DNA of 64,000 bases from positions 620,001 through 684,000 of the forward strand of contig CDROCS010000103.1 in the NCBI GenBank assembly GCA_977020255.1, written 5' to 3'. Position numbers and translations under genes: made by a program. Positions 51,150 to 62,699 of this stretch are shown in pieces. The stretch is from Obrimoposthia wandeli. Taxonomy: Eukaryota. Each line of letters starts with the position of its first letter. Within the stretch, counting starts at the first letter, position 1. Below the pieces are notes generated by a model, which was not told where the DNA came from, made no database searches, and worked only from the letters and a program-made list of their open reading frames with translations.

Positions 51150-51548
51150 TTGCCAACTGTCCCAAAAATTAAGATTTGGGTTTGCAATACTTCTTCTCTC
51201 CTGTAGGTATTTTAGCGCTTCTAGTACCTGCATTCGTCTAGTCTTTATTAGGTATGCTAATACTAGAGTTGCTGATCGAGAAATTCCTTTCTGGCAATGT
51301 ACTAACACTTTTCCTTGGTTCCGGAGTTCTCTGTGAAGTATTTCGTTTGTTTCTACAAACCATTCAAGAAGATTAGCGTCCATTGAGTCTTTTACTCTTA
51401 ATGTCATAGCTCTGATCGTCTGATATTGCGATTTGTGATTCATTGTAACGTTGATCACATATGTTATCCCTTGTTCCAACAGTTTCTTTTCATCTGTTGC
51501 ATCCTCCACATTTCCGAGGTATAACTTACCTGGAATGATCTCACTCAT
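51150..51548 (-). CDS. Dual-specificity protein phosphatase domain fused downstream of integrase
   Basis: SEIIPGKLYLG, GITYVINVT, VKD (general-acid loop), VLVHCQKGISRSATLVLAYL (HCxxGxSRS at 51299-51273), RRSIANPNLNF. Confidence 0.95.
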
Positions 51549-52059
51549 TGGTGGCGTTAATTCTGACTCTTCAAGTTTTAGTCTTTCTAATCTCTTCTCT
51601 ATCTGTTCGTCGATGTTGGATAGTTTCGCCAGTTTCTTTCCTCTCAGCATTCGTATTGCTGGAGAGATATTCATCTTTGTCTCTGATGTCTGTTCCTTTG
51701 TTGAGTCTTCTTCCGACTCGGTCTCTTCTGCAGATTTAATTCGTCTTTCTTGTATATTCTGTTTCACGAATTCTATATTTTGTCTTTTTCTGCTCTCTTT
51801 AGCGAATTCAACCTCCATGGTTCTTCCGAATCGCTCTATTATGTTATCTTCGGATTCTGTTGATTCTGTATCGTTACTTTCCGGTTCACTGTCTTCACTA
51901 GACTCGCTCGAAGGGTATTCTGGTATGTCTGTCTGAACTGAAATTAATGAAGGGGTTAGAATAATTGGGTTGATTTCCCCTTCGTATTTGTGAATCGGAT
52001 ACGGTATTACACTATCTTTAAGTATCTCAACTTGGAACTGTGCTCCATAGCACATGACA

Positions 52060-52985
52060 ATTGTTTCTAATTTACCCATGATGGACAATCCATCGAAATA
52101 GGTAACATTCAGCTTAGATATCGGTGTCTTCGCATAATTAATTAAGTTTACTCGTATCTCGGTTGATGACGGCCATCGATTTTTTAGTAAAATTATAATT
52201 TCGTCGTTTATCGATGTAATTACACTTGGTGCGGATGATACTATTTCAGCATGATATTTTGGCTGGATTGAGTTGGTCACTTGTTCTCGGATCATATTGA
52301 TTCTTTGTGGCTTTTTATTTTTAGCTTCCCACTTCCGGTATCCGCTGTCAATGCGTAATTCTGCCGTTGCTTTGATGATTTTATTGTTAGTCACTTCCGG
52401 ATGGGTTGGCGAATGGAATCCTTCTATTACGCTCAACCTTACAGATACTTCCGTTTGGTCTGTATCTAACCGGTGAGATTCTGGTATACAACATACAATT
52501 GTCTTTCCATCAAAGTATTTGGTGTCCATCTGACAAATTATCTTTTCAGTGTCAGCGTCAATTAAATGGACTCTCATGATATCTCTTTTCCCATGTGAAT
52601 TACGTAATACCATTATTACATCGTGGTATTCTTGTTTGAGTCTTTTTGGTGTACCATGCAGTATGTGACCACCGGCCGGTTCTTTTTCTTCCTGACTGGC
52701 TAGTCCTGCTTCAGTACTGTCATAGTTCTGCCATGCAACTATGTTTGGTGTCAATGTGATTTCGATTATCACTTTCTCAGTCGTAAACACATTGGAATTT
52801 TGATAAAGTGCTGCGACTAGTGTATTTCCGTCGTAGTATGACACTCTAAGTTCGCACAGAAATTCGTTTGTCAGTGCATCTTTCACAATGACTTCTTTAG
52901 CCACATCTGTCGGTTGTGTTTTTTCGAAAACAACTATTATCTCTTCGTCTTCTTCTAATATCTCTTGTGGTGCGATGTGTCGGAT
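52060..52985 (-). other. Three ~65-aa related beta-rich repeats (possible IPT/TIG-like)
   Basis: Shared pattern I...P....e(I/V)I..L.n....i.V...d....i..l.v.Y(Y/F)DG.t(I/L) at ~52979-52800, 52667-52477 and 52247-52065. Confidence 0.65.
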
Positions 52986-53229
52986 TACTTCCTTTTCCTC
53001 TTGGTACTTCATTCTGAGCATACCAATTCTCGCTGGTTTTTTCTCGCTACCACTCGTCATCGTGTTTATGTAGTTCCGATCACTTATCATTCGTGTAAGT
53101 TTAATGGTATTGGTGTTCGATTTCGATTTCTGTGATCTTAACTCATATCGTGACGCATTATCTTTATTTGGTACTAATTTGCATCGATTTGCATGTACAA
53201 TCATCGGTTCCTTGTTCCGATTCTCTTCG

Positions 53230-54210
53230 TTGATTACTTTCAAATTTGTTGAGGTTGTCTGGATCACTTTGTACGGTCCTTTGTATGGTCTATGAAGTTT
53301 AAACGATAGACCTGGTTCGATGACTGGATAAAATATCATCACTTGATCTCCGACTCTAAATTCATGTGGTTTTGCTTTTTTGTCGTATTGTTCCTTGTAA
53401 CCTTCTTGATTGAATTTCAACTTCAATCCGGCTTTGGTCCAAGCATCTTGTAACCTTTCCTTCATAACGACAATGTATTGTTCAGTTTCTAGGTACTGAG
53501 ATGTTGGCTCGGTCCACTCCAGATCCATTGGCATATTGTTCTGTCTGAGATACATCAGATAGAATGGTGTGTGACCCGTCGCCTCTCGAACTGAATTCCT
53601 GTAAGCATATAAACATGAAGGTAAATATTTATCCCAATCCTCTTGCTTGTCTGAGCAATAGGATTGTACCATCATACATAAAGTTTTATTAAACCTTTCT
53701 ACCAGACCATCTGTCTGTGGGTGATATGGTGAAGTTTGTAACTTCATGATTCCGAATATCTTCGATACTGCTTTTATGACTTCTCCAGTGAAGTTCTTAC
53801 CTTGATCCGTTAACAACTTTCTAGGCACTCCGTATCGAAATATTATCTCTTCCACTAAGATTTGCGCTATTGTTTCAGCTTTCTGGTTCTGCATGGGATA
53901 TGCTTCTACCCATCTCGTCATGTAATCCGTAAATACTATGACATACTTGTTTCCTTTACTTGATTCTCTCAATGGTCCCAATATATCCATCGCTGTGAAT
54001 TCCATTGGTGCCAAGGGAACTGGCATTGGTTTCAACGGAACTTTAGTACGAGTTCCGGTGTCTTTTCTGGTTAAACATACTTTACATTGTTTACACCATT
54101 GTTTTATGTCGTCTTCCATACCATCCCAATGGTACTTCTCTTTGATTCTGGCTATCGTCTTTCGCCCTGACAGATGTCCTCCTAGTGTTCCGTCGTGATA
54201 CTGGATCATC
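53230..54210 (-). CDS. pol: Integrase (HHCC zinc finger, DDE core, GPY/F-type C-terminal module)
   Basis: HDGTLGGH...CKQCKVC, AMDILGPL, TDQGKNF, SPYHPQTDGLVERFN, YKGPYKV; inside the 1309-aa ORF 51060..54989. Confidence 0.97.
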
Positions 54211-54499
54211 ACTGCTGTTTTCAATGACTTCGGAATTACTACTACTATCTTTCCGACGTTATTGACAATATACAAGATTCCTTCTTTTATCAGTATTTTC
54301 TTCGTCATTTCATCGTTTAGATCTCCTTTCACCAACAATTCTTTAATTAGACTCAGTTCTTCATCTTCTTTCTGTTCTTTGATGATCTCTTTGTCTATTT
54401 TACCCGTCTTTAGCAAAATCGTCAGTAGATTTGCTTCTCCTTTTTGATCATTGGTTTCATCTTCTTCTGGAATTATGTTTCCTTTCTCGTCTACATTTG

Positions 54500-55800
54500 T
54501 CAATCTCGATAAACAATCTGCGTTGCCGTTCGACTTTCCGGTTCTATAACGGATTTCTAGATCGAATTCGGCCAATTTTAGAAACCATCTGTTTAATCTA
54601 CTCATCTCATCTCTATGTTTATACAAGAACTGTAGTGGTTTGTGATCTGTATACAGGAATACTTTTTGTCCTAGCAAATAGTGTCTGTACTGTCTACATG
54701 AATACACTATGGCTAGACATTCCTTTTCGATAACAGAGTATCCTCTTTCGGCTCTGTTTAATCCTCTACTCGCATACGCAATGACGTGTTCTCTTCCTTC
54801 GTCATCCTCTTGTCCCAATACTGCTCCTACAGCATAGTTACTTGCATCTGTCATAAGTATGAATTGTCGGTTTATATCTGGAAACGCTAATATCGGTGCT
54901 TTTATCAATCTTTCTTTTAAATGCTCGAACGCTTGTTGGGCTTCTTCTCCCCATATGAACTTCTCATCTTTTCTCGTCAACTTTCTCAATGGTGTTGCTA
55001 TATCTGAAAAATGTTCAACAAATCGTCTATAATAATTCGCAAGACCTAAAAAACTCTGTATCTCCTTAACAGTCTTTGGCGCTAAATGCGCTTTTACTTT
55101 CTCGATCTTTGCTGGATCAGGTCGAATGCCTTCTTTCGATACTATATGTCCTAAAATGTTACTCGCTCTTTAGCCCATTCGCATTTTGTAGGTTTAACTT
55201 TTAATTTAGCGTTTTCCAGTCTTTTAAATACAACTTCAAGATTTTTTAAATGTTCTTCGAACGTTTTCGAAAATATTATTATGTCATCAATATAAACCAT
55301 CGTGTTTGCACGATGCGAGTACAAAATTCATGCAACGCTGAAATGTTGCTGGAGCTCCTGGCAGTCAGTCGAATGGCATCTTTTCGCATTCGTATAATCC
55401 ATCTCCGCAGGAAAAGGCTGTTTTGTGTTTATCCTCTTCCTCTATCTCGATTTGCCAGTATCCACTCTGCAAATCTAATGTTGTAAAATAATCTGAATTA
55501 CCCAATTTATCGAGCATCTCTTCGATTCTAGGTAATGGATACACATCTTTTCTTGTGATCTTGTTCAGTTCTCTGAAATCTATACAGAATCTCATTTTCC
55601 CATCCTTCTTTTTTTACCAACACCACAGGTGCTGAGAATGGCGAAAAACTCGGTCTAATTACTCCTGTTTTAGACATGTCTTCGATCTGACTTTTTACTT
55701 CATCTTGTAATTGTAATGGTACTCGATATGGTCTTCTTCTGACTACTTTGTCTTCTGTCAGTGGTATTGTATGTTTTATGACAGGTGTTTCTCCTATGTC
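54500..55800 (-). pseudogene. pol: Reverse transcriptase and RNase H, frameshifted
   Basis: PYRVP, SPFSAPVVLVKK, RFCIDFRELN, YPLPRI, LDLQSGYWQI, YIDD, LGHIVS, FLGLANYYRRF, TDASNYAVGAVL, EKECLAI, TDHKPL, NADCLSR. Confidence 0.97.
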
Positions 55801-56259
55801 ATATGGATTTTTTGCAATTACTTTTGGAAATTTATGTATTAGATCAAGTAATTGTTTCTTTTCTCTAGTTGTCAGTCTTTCTGATTGGATTACTATTTCT
55901 TCGTAATCATTCGTATCTTTATCGAGTTTCATAGCACACACGGTGGAATTCTCCATCTGTGCTATCTTTCCCAACCTCATTCCTCTGTATAATAGAATGT
56001 CATTGTTGGTTGTATTCATCAGTCTAACTGGTATTTTGTGGTTTTCGATCAGACATACTGTACTCACAACTGGTAATTCGTATTTCTCTATGAAATCTCG
56101 TGATGGTTCGAACACAACTGGTCCTTTATCTTCTGATAATGTGTGACCTTGAATGAGAAATTGTGATCTTTTACCGATTTTTATAGGATTCTCTATAATT
56201 ACATCAATTTGGTTTATTTGTCTGTTTGATGTGCTATCCTTCAATCTTGGATCTTGTAA

Positions 56260-56560
56260 ATCAATACTTATCCCTTTAAGTTGTGATAGTACATCCATTC
56301 CTAAAATTGTAGGTTCAGGACATTCTTTCATGATTCTAACTGGTATAGTGATCGTATTACGTCCAATTATAAATGTACATGGTAATATTCCGTCACTTTT
56401 ACAGGGTCTCCATTGACCGATACCAAGAATTCATCTGGTTCTGCCATTGTTCGTTTCTGTTCCTCTGTCAAACAGTCTTCACTTACTATCGAAGCCACAG
56501 CACCTGTATCAATTAAGGCTTTTACTCTTAAATTATTTACTCTAATGATAGCTGCTGGTC
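56260..56560 (-). other. Retroviral-type aspartic protease 2 (adjacent to RT)
   Basis: KALIDTGAVASIV (DTG at 56510-56502) and, after a frameshift, TILGMDVL. Confidence 0.92.
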
Positions 56561-56684
56561 GCTGTGCTCCATTTATGTTTCCCATATGGTATATTGTATT
56601 TATCGAATTATTACACTCTGTCAGTCCACTTCCTATGTTTGGATAGTGAAATCTAATATTTCTCACTTGTCGATCTATTATTCT

Positions 56685-57680
56685 TCGACAAATCGGACAT
56701 GATACCATTTTATTCGCACATCTCCGACATGTTCTTACATGTCCGCATGGTAGAAAAGGCAACTTCTATTTTGTTGACCATGCAAACTGCGCATTCCGGA
56801 TCTTCTAGTACGTATTCTAGTTCATTTATGTACTCTTTTCTCTTTTGTTTCAATTGTACTGTCATCTTTATCTCGCAGTAATTCAAAAAATCGATCCGTA
56901 TCCATTTCGCGTAGTTTTTATTTTTAATTCTACCAATTCTCTGATTCTTTCTGCTTCTTTTGGATATAACCTTCTCACGAATGACACTACCGGTGTGTCT
57001 TGTTGAGCCAAAATCTCTTTCCGTGTGATTTGGTATTCGATTATACATTCGGTTTTTCTGTTCTTTTTTGCTTTATTTTGTTTTTAAAAAGTACAAAATT
57101 CGCAAAATTCATGATGTAAAAATTTTCTTAGGTAGCTCAAGAGTGTATCTGTCGATAATTCATTCTTTTTTACACTTGTGGCAATAAATTAAGTCTTTAC
57201 AATACTTTTTTATAGCAAAAAGTCCCTTTTTTGCCAATTTTTTAAGTCTTGGGTCTTCGAAGGTTATTTCTCGATACTGTTCGTCACATTCGTTCACTTC
57301 TCGCATAACTTCGAATATATCTTCAATTCGACTATTCGTTATTACTCTTCCTGTTATTAGAGCTGATTCTCCTTTTGGAATCCCGTCACTGTAATCGAAA
57401 TCGGGTGCTTTTCCCGTTTGGATTTCTGGTACGTTTGACGTTTTAAGTTTCAAAAGAAATGGACAATTTGGTGCATCTCTTTTATGACGTCTCATTGGGT
57501 TTTCATTCTGTTCCCATTCTCTAAACTTTACTCTACACCATACGCATCGTACTACTATCTCCTGACCATAACTACTTGTCGCGTTTAACATTTCTAGGCC
57601 TGATCTTGCCATTTTACGTGCCATTCCTTTTGAATAGTACTGTTCTAATATATTTCGTCTCTTTCTCTCGAATCTCATAG
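56685..57680 (-). other. IAP-like module: intact BIR, degenerate second BIR, C-terminal RING-HC
   Basis: CVWC-x16-H-x6-C at 57546-57463; LAKKGLF..CHKC..HHEFCEF (frameshifted); CAVC..F/LPCGH..C..CA....CPICR at 56793-56685. Confidence 0.92.
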
Positions 57681-57919
57681 GATCCTTTTCTGACAGATTC
57701 ACGTATGTTATTTTTCTCCTCGTCGTATCTTGTGGTCCGAAATTTACATTTTTGTAGTGAAGTATCGACTTTGCTAGCGCTTCCTGTTTTTTTGTCTGGG
57801 TACGAACTTCCCATACGGAACGTAGTGCATTTTTCCTTTTCGACTATAGGTCCTCTCAACATTTTTATCTCTCTCACTGAACTGTCATTCTTATAACTCT
57901 TGTTGTTTGGTAGTATTAT

Positions 57920-58210
57920 TATTCCTTCAAACATTCGTATTACGTCCATCCCAATCATGACTGGACTACCGCAATCTGTGAATATTCTAGCATTTAACTG
58001 TAATGCTCTTCCATCGATATTCAATGAACATTTCAGTGTTCCTTCCGACACTACATCTGTACCATTCACGTTAACAAATGTCTGTTTTCTAGGACATACT
58101 TCTCTTAATTCTTTTGATGACAAGATTTCTTTACTCAGTACTGATACTGCAGATCCGGTATCAACTTCGGCAAGATATTCTCTTCCGTTCAATGTTACTG
58201 CTACTTGTGG
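57920..58210 (-). other. Retroviral-type aspartic protease 1
   Basis: LAEVDTGSAVSVL (DTG at 58162-58154) and VMIGMDVI. Confidence 0.92.
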
Positions 58211-58559
58211 TGGAGCATTTGGATTCTCATTTGATATTCTAGATTTCAGAATTCTTCTGGAATTATCTTTTGTCTTTTTCCTCTGCTTGTGGAATTTCAC
58301 TGTAGCTTACTTTAGGCCATCTTATCATTAAGATGCCTCTCTTGAACTTTCCTTTTCTTCCTTCAATTCCTTCATTGGATATAAGTTTAACGCCACTTCT
58401 TCCTTGTCTGGTAACGGAATCTTTGGTTTTCCTGGTATCTTTGCATATACTCCTGGACTATCATTATCGTCGTCGTTGTCGTCTCGATAGTTTCTTGGTT
58501 CTCTCATCATGGTTCTCGTTTGGTGTTGTTCCTTCTTGAGGGCTCGCAACTCGTTCTCG

Positions 58560-60414
58560 TGATGATGGTGCATTAGATATTTTGCTAAAAATGGAAAACA
58601 TCCAATTATAAGTTGCCAGGTGATTCCGGTTATCCTGTATAAACTATACGTAGACAACACCTGGGCTATAATTACCTGCACAAATTTGGTATAACATAAA
58701 TACCTATGATACCCGAAAATAATTGTCCTAAAACAAGGAATTTCCCCACATCTTTCTAAGTGTCTGATGTGCTGCTTCCTTGAAATGACTTGGCGATAAT
58801 AACATATCGAAATTCACATATCTCGCTCCTGGCGGTAATGCTCGATGTACCATCTCCGTAAGTACTCTGGCTCTTCTTACTGGAAACATTATTTCGTTCC
58901 ACGCCGCTTTTAAATCTTTTCATTGTACAATCCTGCGTTCTCCATATTTTCCACCGCTTGGAATTTCATTTTACCTTTAAGATTCGTCATTCTTATCATC
59001 GCTGGGGTTTTCGTTGGCTTCCGATCAGGTAACGTTATCCATAGATTATTCGTCATCTGATATTCAGGTGCCATTATATTAGAGCAGCTGATTTCTTGAG
59101 TTGGAGTGTCTTTTGGAAGTAACATTCTCGTGATTGGTTCAACAAAAGATCTTTTAAATTATACGTTACTGCCAATTCACTCGTACATCGATCTGTTTTC
59201 CTCAACTGTACCTCTACTTTATTACACTTGTAAGTATACAATACTTCTCCCATGGTTTTAGCAAATACTCCTTCATCCAAGGGTAATAATGGTGCTACCA
59301 TGTCTGGATTCGTAATAGCTAATGCTAACTTTGTTCTTACGATCTCTTTATTTAACTTCAGCAATCTCTTTCGATCATCATCCGATATAACTGTTCCATT
59401 TGCATCAATCCTTTATGATAATAGAAATCAATTTTTATTATTAAAATGCGTGTGTAACTGCATATCTTTTTTGGTTTTAGCTTGGTTTCTGCCAATGCTA
59501 TTGCTTCTTTAGACAAAACTATTCCTGGATAGTTTGTGGTACTAACAGTCATTCCGCATCGCGCTTTGTTTCTCTTTTTAATAAATATCAATCCTTCTTC
59601 TATTGATGTTGCCATTAACAGTGTAGGTGTCTTTGTCATTGGAATTGGTCTTGTTTCATTTAGCAATCCTTTTCCAACTTTATTATACAGGAATCCTTCT
59701 CCATCTTTATTATACAGGAATCCTTTTTTTTATTAAAACTAATCTCTTTCAAAAATACTAGGAGCATTGCTTCGGATTTATGTGATACACAATTGTGGAT
59801 TCACCTGTAAAACAAGATGCATCTGTCATTTTACATTCTGGATACTTCATCATTAGTTGTGTCTTTTTATCAAAATTGGCGGTCCATGTTTTTAATTCAA
59901 TTTTGTAAGTTACGTCCATTACTAACTCGGTTACTTTGGTTCCACGCACGTTTTTTGTTCCTCCGTCACAAGATCCATCGGCCCATCGTTGTCCGACTCT
60001 CGTGACTGTTTCGTATCGTCTCACTCCAATTTTTACATCAGGTTTGTAATTCTTGTCTACCTCTATTGTTCCCGTTCGAAATGCGTCTTCGCAATCTCTC
60101 GGCAAAACCTTATGTGCCTTGTACGGTGTGGTAGGTGTGATTTCTGACATAAAACTTCTATGGCCACAATAGAATTCGTGATAACTTGAATGGATTGAAC
60201 ATTCTTTCACTTCTACTTGTACTTTATCAACATCCTGATACAGAAAGTAGTTTTCAACACCTTGAACTTCTAGTTTTGACGGTTGTGATTCTGGACAGTC
60301 TTCGCTGTCAAGCAGTGAATACTTTTGTCCCATCTTTGGTATGCTACAGTCATATGCTATCAATCCTGATGCCTGTTGCATTCCCATGAACATTACTAAC
60401 ATCATCATCATCAT
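58560..60414 (-). pseudogene. env: Envelope glycoprotein of the chuvirus/BEL-Pao-associated type, frameshifted
   Basis: Signal-like MMMMMLVMFMGMQQASG, then LIAYDC, YSLLD..DC, FYCG, DGSCDG, GEVLYTYKC.KVEV..R.TDRC..EL.V, F.EPITR, C-terminal TM pair LGQLFSGIIGIYVII and YSLYRITGITWQLII; recognised from memory of chuviral G motifs. Confidence 0.82.
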
Positions 60415-60534
60415 TGTTGTGGACATATTTGGTTGATTGTTTCTCTCTTTCGGACGGTATTGTTTATTTTCCCTTTGACGATTCTCATGACATTGTTCGT
60501 CATCGTCTTCATTCATTTCCACAATGGTTTTAGC

Positions 60535-60900
60535 ATAGTCACTTAATTTTGCCCAACCTCCATTTTCGTCAATTCGTCTCTGTAACACATTCTCGATCAA
60601 ATACATCGCTTCATTTATTCCTTGTTTGACTTCGTGAGGTTGGCTCGTTCGTTCCGTCAATTGGAAACATAGATATGTGATCGCTGTAATTAACTTTTTT
60701 ATTTGTAGTCTGGTTTCCACATAGTCTCGCTAAAACTTCACCAAATCAGATAATCTATCTATGGATGCATGGTATACATGATTCGCGGTCATTCTCTTTA
60801 CTGCAGACATCTGTGATCTGACTGCTTTAGTCAAATTGTCTGTTATATCGGTTGTTTCATCTCTGTACATTTTAAACAACTTCGGCTTCACTTGCCTGAG
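60535..60900 (-). other. Bcl-2-like helical domain
   Basis: VLQRRIDENGGWAKLSDY matches BH2 (WIxxNGGWxxF); upstream LQIKKLITAITYLCFQL sits in the BH1 position but lacks NWGR; one in-frame stop at 60732-60730. Confidence 0.62.
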
Positions 60901-61600
60901 AATTCCCGTAAGTATATCTTTACTACTTGGAGTTTCCGAATTCATATCACCTCTGATATCTTCATTCCTATCTGCACTATACTGCTCTAATGACGCCGCT
61001 AACTGTCCAATACTTAGATGTCTTTCTTCATCAGTTTGTGGTGCAGTTAGAACATTTCGTAATATACTTTCGCCTTTTCTAGGTCTTTAGGTCCTCTTCG
61101 AAAATACTGATACTCAGTTTGATTCTCTCCTGGATCATACGTTTCACCATTATACTGCATCTCGTGACTTGGTCCTTCTTCATGGCCAATCTCTTTTTTG
61201 TCGCATCATTTGCTCTGCTTGTCTATCTTTGTATGCAGCATGCCAAATTGGTGAATCCAAATCTACAATCTCGGAGACTTCGTCTTCTCTACTAGTTGGG
61301 TTACGGTTTCGTTTTGTCTCACTTGGTTAGCTGTATCCGTGACTTCATCTTGTCTGATTGGAATTATATCTGGTTCTGGTGGCACCTCGACCACTGGAGT
61401 TGTCAACTCATTTTCTAAATTCATGTCTTGTAATTCAGTTACGTACGGTTCTGGTGTGATGTCTTGTTCCAAGCTTCAGCTACATCATTATCTCCGCTTT
61501 CACTTGAACTGTCTAAAATTTCTATAGGCGTTTTTATCATTTCTTTTAACGCAGAATTCAATATCTCGGTTAATCCTTCATTATCTACTAACTCTTGACG

Positions 61601-61833
61601 TCCTACAGTGATGACATCAATTTTTTCCTCTAATTCATTTCCTATCGGATATCCAAACTCGACTGGTACGTCCTCATCATCTAATGATCTCCCTTTATAA
61701 TGGAACAACATATTCATTCCATCGAATTTCAAGTTTCTCAGCCAGCTTTTTCCAGAATCGTTTTCATTGTTTGATACACGTTAAGTTTTTCATGTATTAT
61801 CTGTCCGGAAATTAATCGAAGTGAAATTTTCAT
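61601..61833 (-). other. Ubiquitin/SUMO-like domain
   Basis: MKISLRLISGQIIHEKLNVYQTMKTILEK, then (A5-run frameshift) LKFDGMNMLFHYKGRSLDDEDVPVEFG...KIDVITVG follows the beta-grasp pattern. Confidence 0.62.
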
Positions 61834-62699
61834 CGTTCCTTTTGGTTTGATCTCTGTACATAACGACCATAACCTTTCAGTAGTCCTCGGTACTTCTTTG
61901 TAACCCAAGTTATCATGACTATGTTTAACCAATTCTGCTCGCACTTCTTCAATCGGTGCATTGCACTTTAATTGTTTGCAATTTGGCCAAAACTTCTGGA
62001 GCTTCACTCGTTTTCATCTAACGGTTGATTCAACGTTTCCTTAGCTTCACTAATTATCTTTTTTTACATTTTCCATACTCGTTGCATTTCTCGCTGCTTC
62101 ACATGATCAGCCATAGGTTGTGCGTTACACGTTTTCTCTATTGGTGTCTCATGCGCTTCTAATATTCTATTCATTAAATCATTCATCTCTTCTCTCGAAT
62201 GTGAACCTTTCTCTTGCACTCGACAACGTAGATGAATTCGCCATCTTTGTATGTGGTGAATCTTTTAATTATTCCCAACATTCGTTCAAATTTACTATCA
62301 CTATCTTTGAAATCTGTTATTTCGCGTCGAAGCTCGGTCTCGCGATTCCTATCACTAATCATCGCTTACATAACTAAAATTTCCTTTCGGTTTCGGCGAA
62401 TCTCTCTCATTATTTGTCTTGTCGACATTATTATTATTATATCTACCAGAATTATTATATCTCTCAGCTCCTTGCTGTCCTACGTATTATTGTATCTCTC
62501 AGCTCCTTGTAATGTAATGCTGCATAGTTATTATCTACCTGGTGACTGTTGTCTATCTGTATACTGATTATTCAGTCTCCATATGGCTGTGGAGTATATC
62601 CACCACCTCTATTCCATGGCGAGGTGAATTATATCCTCTATAATTATTTCCAAATTATTATTACCGAAATTATTATTTCCAAATCTGTTAGCTCGAACT

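Noticed and set aside
62180-62300. Chromodomain-like stretch (ERMLGIIKRF...YVVEC) after the zinc knuckle
   Set aside because: Lacks the conserved YLVKW/aromatic cage pattern; similarity too weak.
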